Source: Eledone cirrhosa (taxonomy: Eukaryota). From it: a stretch of DNA of 64,000 nt. Within the stretch, counting starts at the first letter, position 1, and each line of letters begins with the position of its first letter. The stretch is from positions 51,646,001 to 51,710,000 of the forward strand of contig OZ024741.1 in the NCBI GenBank assembly GCA_964016885.1, written 5' to 3'. Under the pieces are notes generated by a model. It did not search any database, was not told the DNA's origin, and worked only from the letters and a program-made list of their open reading frames with translations. Below are positions 57,901 through 64,000 of this stretch, in pieces. Position numbers and translations under genes: made by a program.

Positions 57901-60900
57901 TATATCCCAGGTCTTATATACACAACAGAGAAAATAGTATTATGAAGTACTTCACACGTTTTATATATAATATATCCCAGGTCTTATATACACAACAGAG
58001 AAAATAGTATTATGAAGTACTGCACACAATATATATATAATATATCCCAGGACTTATATAGACAACAGAGAAAATAGTATTATGGAGTACCGTACACATT
58101 TTATATATAATATATCCCAGGGCTTATATACACAACAGAGAAAATAATATTATGAAGTACTGCACATATTTTATATATAATATATCCCTGGTCTTATATA
58201 CACAACAGAGAAAATAGTATTATGAGGTACTGCACACATTTTATATATAATATATCCCAGGACTTATATACACAACAGAGAAAATAGTATTATGAAGTAC
58301 TGCACACATTTTATATATAACATGTCCCAGGACTTACATACACAACAGAGAAAATAGTACTATGATGTATTGCACACAATATATATATAATGTATCCCAG
58401 GACCCATATAGACAACAGAGAAAATAATATTATGAAGTACTGCACACAAAAAATATATAATATATCCCAGGACTTATATACACAACAGAGAAAATAGTAT
58501 CATGAAGTACTGCACACATTTTATATATAATATAACCCAGGACTTATATACATAACAGAGAAAATAGTATTATGAAGTACTGCACACATTTTATATATAA
58601 TATATCCCAGGACTTATATACACTGCAGGGAAAATAGTATTATGTGATAATACACACATTTTATATATAATATATCCCGGGACTTATATAGACAACAGAA
58701 AAAATAGTATTATGAAGTACTGCACACATTTTATATATAATATATCCCAGGTCTTACATACACAACAGAGAAAATAATATTATGAAGTACTGCACACATT
58801 TTATATATAATATATCCCAGGTCTTATATACACAACAGAGAAAATAGTATTATGAAGTACTGCACACATTTTATATATAACATATCCCAGGACTTACATA
58901 CACAACAGAGAAAATAGTATTATGATGTATTGCACACAATATATATATAATATATCCCAGGACCGATATAGACAACAGAGAAAATAATATTATGAAGTAC
59001 TGCACACAATACATATATAATATATCCCAGGACTTATATACACAACAGAGAAAATAGTATCATGAAGTACTGCACACATTTTATATATAATATATCCCAG
59101 GACTTATATACACAACAGAGAAAATTATATTATGGTGTACTACACACATTTTATATATAATATATCCCAGGAATTATATAGACAACAGAGAAAATAGTAT
59201 TATGGAGTACCGCACACATTTTATATATAATATATCCCCGGTCTTATATACACAACATAGAAAATAATATTATGAAGTACTGCATGCATTTTATATATAA
59301 TATATCCCAGGTCTTATATACACAACAGAGAAAATAATATTATGAAGTACTGCACACATTATATCTATAATATATCCCAGGACTTATATACCAACATAAA
59401 AATAGTATTATGAAGTACTACACACATTTTATATATAATATATCCCAGGACATATATACACAACAGAGAAAATAGTATTATGAAGTACTGCACACAATAT
59501 ATATATAATATATCCCAGGACATATATACACAACAGAGAAAATAGTGTTATGAAGTACTGCACACATTTTATATTTAATATATCACAGGACTTATATACA
59601 AAACAGTGAAAAAATATTATGAAGTACTGCACACAATATATATATAATATATCCCAGGACTTATATACACAACAGAGAAAATAGTATTATGGAATACCGC
59701 ACACATTTTATATATAATATATCCCAGCTCTTATATACACAACAGAGAAAATAATATCATGAAGTACTGCACACATTTTATATATAATATATCCCAGGTG
59801 TTATATACACAACAGAGAAAATAATATTATGAAGTACTGCACACATTTTATATATAATATATCCCATGTCTTACATACACAACAGAGAAAATAGTATTAT
59901 GAAGTACTACACACATTTTATATATAATACATCCCAGGACTTATATAGACACCAGAGAAAATAGTATTATGAAGTACTGCACACATTTTATATATAATAT
60001 ATCCCAGGACCTATATACACAACAGAGAAAATAGTATTATGAAGTACTGCACACATTTTATATATAATATATCCCAGGACTTATATACACAACAGAGAAA
60101 ATAGTATCATGAAGTACTGCCCACATTTTATATATAATATATCCCAGGACTTATATACACTGCAGAGAAAATAGTATTATGAGATATTACACACATTTTA
60201 TATATAATATATCCCAGGACTTATATACCAACAGAGAAAATAGTATTATGAAGTACTGCACACATTTTATATATAATATATCCCCGGACTTATATAGACA
60301 ACAGAGAAAATAGTATTATGAAGTACTGCACACATTTTACATATAATATATCCCAGGTCTTATATACACAACAGAGAAAATAATATTATGGTGTACTACA
60401 CACATTTTATATATAATATATCCCAGGACTTATATACCAACAGATAAAATAGTATTATGAAGTACTGCACACATTTTATATATAATATATCCCAGGACTT
60501 ATATACACAACAGAGAAAATAGTATTATGAAGTACTGCACACATTTTATATATAATATATCCCAGGACTTATATACACAACAGAGACAATAGTATTATGA
60601 AGTATTGCACACAATATATATATAATATATCCCAGGACCTATATAGACAACAGAGAAAATAGTATTATGGAGTACCGCACACATTTTATATATAATATAT
60701 CCCAGGTCTTAAATACACAACAGAGAAAATAGTATTATGAAGTACTGCACACATTTTATATATAATATATCCCAGGTCTTATATACACAACAGAGAAAAT
60801 AGTATTATGAAGTACTTCACACGTTTTATATATAATATATCCCAGGTCTTATATACACAACAGAGAAAATAGTATTATGAAGTACTGCACACAATATATA

Positions 60901-63900
60901 TATAATATATCCCAGGACTTATATAGACAACAGAGAAAATAGTATTATGGAGTACCGTACACATTTTATATATAATATATCCCAGGGCTTATATACACAA
61001 CAGAGAAAATAATATTATGAAGTACTGCACATATTTTATATATAATATATCCCTGGTCTTATATACACAACAGAGAAAATAGTATTATGGGGTACTGCAC
61101 ACATTTTATATATAATATATCCCAGGACTTATATACATAACAGAGAAAATAGTATTATGAAGTACTGCACACATTTTATATATAATATATCCCAGGACTT
61201 ATATACACAACAGAGAAAATAGTATTATGAAGTACTGCACACATTTTATATATAATATATCCCAGGACTTATATACACTGCAGGGAAAATAGTATTATGT
61301 GATATTACACACATTTTATATATAATATATCCCGGGACTTATATAGACAACAGAAAAAATAGTATTATGAAGTACTGCACACATTTTATATATAATATAT
61401 CCCAGGTCTTACATACACAACAGAGAAAATAATACTATGAAGTACTGCACGTATTTTATATATAATATATCCCAGGTCTTATATACACAACAGAGAAAAT
61501 AGTATTATGAAGTACTGCACACAATATATATATAATATATCCCAGGACATATATACACAACAGAGAAAACAGTATTATGAAGTACTGCACACATTATATC
61601 TATAATATATCCCAGGACTTATATACCAACAAAAAAATAGTATTATGAAGTACTTCACACATTTTATATATAATATATCCCAGGACATATATACACAACA
61701 GAGAAAATAGTATTATGAAGTACTGCACACAATATATATATAATATATCCCAGGACCCATATAGACAACAGAGAAAATAATATTATGAAGTACTGCACAC
61801 AATACATATATAATATATCCCAGGACTTATATACACAACAGAGAAAATAGTATCATGAAGTACTGCACACATTTTATATATAATATATCCCAGGACTTAT
61901 ATACATAACAGAGAAAATAGTATTATGAAGTACTGCACACATTTTATATATAATATATCCCAGGACTTATATACACAACAGAGAAAATAGTATTATGAAG
62001 TACTGCACACATTTTATATATAATATATCCCCGGACTTATATCCACAACAGAGAAAATAGTATTATGAAGTACTGCACACATTTTATATATAATATATCC
62101 CAGGACTTATATAGACAACAGAGAAAATAGTATCATGAAGTACTGCACACATTTTATATATAATATATCCCAGGACTTATATAGACAACAGAGAAAATAG
62201 TATTATGAAGTACTGCACACATTTTATATATAATATATCCCAGGACTTATATAGACAACAGAGAAAATAGTATTATGAAGTACTGCACACATTTTATATA
62301 TAATATATCCCAGGACTTATATACATAACAGAGAAAATAGTATTATGAAGTACTGCACACATTTTATATATAATATATCCCAGGACTTATATCCACAACA
62401 GAGAAAATAGTATTATGAAGTACTGCACACATTTTATATATAATATATCCCAGGACTTATATACCAACAGAGAAAATAGTATTATCAAGTAATGTACACA
62501 TTTTATATATAATATATCCCGGGACTTATATACACAACAGAGAAAATAATATTATGAAGTACTGCACACAATATATATATAATATATCCCAGGACCCATA
62601 TAGACAACAGAGAAAATAGTATTATGGATTACCGCACACATTTTATATATAATATATCCCAGGTCTTATATACACAACAGAGAAAATAGTATTATGAAGT
62701 ACTTCACACGTTTTATATATAATATATCCCAGGTCTTATATACACAACAGAGAAAATAGTATTATGAAGTACTGCACACAATATATATATAATATATCCC
62801 AGGTCTTATATACACAACAGAGAAAATAATATTATGAAGTACTGCACACGTTTTATATATAATATATCCCAGGACTTATATACACAACAGAGAAAACAGT
62901 ATTATGAAGTACTGCACACATTTTATATATAATATATCCCAGGTCTTATATACACAACAGAGAAAATAATATTATGGTGTACTACACACATTTTATATAT
63001 AATATATCCCAGGACTTATATACCAACAGAGAAAATAGTATTATGAAGTACTGCACACATTTTATATATAATATATCCCCAGACTTATATACACAACAGA
63101 GAAAATAGTATTATGAAGTACTGCACACATTTTATATATAATATATCCCAGGACTTATATACACTGCAGAGCAAATAGTATTATGAGATATTACACACAT
63201 TTTATATATAATATATCCCAGGACTTATATAGACAACAGAGAAATAGTATTATGAAGTACTGCACACATTTTACATATAATATATCCCACGTCTTATATA
63301 CACAGCAGAGAGAATAATATTATGGTGTACTACACACATTTTATATATAATATATCCCAGGACTTATATACCAACAGAGAAAATAGTATTATGAAGTACT
63401 GCACACATTTTATATATAATATATCCCGGGACTTATATACACAACAGAGAAAATAATATTATGAAGTACTGCACTCATTTTATATATAATATATCCTAGG
63501 ACTTATATACACAACAGAGAAAATAGTATTATGAAGTACTGCACACATTTTATATATAATATTTCCCAGGACTTATATACACAACAGAGAAAATAGTATT
63601 ATGAAGTCCTGCACACATTATATCTATAATGTATCCCAGGACTTATATACCAACATAAAAATAGTATTATGAAGTACTACACACATTTTATATATAATAT
63701 ATCCCAGGACATATATACACAACAGAGAAAATAGTATTATGAAGTACTGCTCACAATATATATATATAATATATCCCAGGACATATATACACAACAGAGA
63801 AAATAGTATTATGGAATACCGCACACATTTTATATTTAATATATCCCAGCTCTTATATACACAACAGAGAAAATAATATTATGAAGTACTGCACACATTT

Positions 63901-64000
63901 TATATATAATATATCCCAGGTCTTATATACACAACAGAGAAAATAATATTATGAAGTACTGCACACATTTTATATATAATATATCCCAGGTCTTATATAC

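Larger units (their letters stand above)
25095..64000 (+). repeat. 70-bp tandem satellite, roughly 550 monomers, running off the window end
   Basis: Consensus tatcccaggacttatatacacaacagagaaaatagtattatgaagtactgcacacattttatatataata (contains ScaI site AGTACT). Copy number is about 38.9 kb / 70. Confidence 0.98.

Noticed and set aside
25925-63824. Short recurring ORFs within the satellite
   Set aside because: Chance read-through of variant monomers; useful only as HOR markers.
25095-64000. CRISPR-like regular repeat array
   Set aside because: Monomers are contiguous 70-bp tandem units with no unique spacers, there are no cas genes, and the context is eukaryotic.

Overview
Eukaryotic, AT- and microsatellite-rich animal DNA. 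The SINE domains, RTE tails and repeat style point to a coleoid cephalopod, probably Octopus (inference, not verified). Bases 1-25 kb are a dense transposon field: one apparently intact RTE-clade LINE (APE + RT with an embedded PHD finger), tRNA-derived SINEs sharing its 3' tail, four 5'-truncated Penelope-like elements (RT/GIY-YIG) each followed by a hammerhead-ribozyme fold in its pLTR, and MITEs. Three in-frame, phase-1 exons of an animal heme peroxidase lie on the minus strand (24328-24227, 22408-22295, 19924-19679). From about 25.1 kb to the end is a 70-bp satellite with higher-order repeats and two identical inverted blocks, apparently inside an intron of that gene. The most unusual signal is a hammerhead-like motif whose three strands occur in reversed order (NUH, then GAAA, then CUGANGA), which is not a circular permutation of types I-III. 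It occurs at 2231-2290 (+) and 19135-19194 (-) with a compensatory base-pair change, and possibly at 25682-25768 (-). All folds were read by eye; none has been tested.
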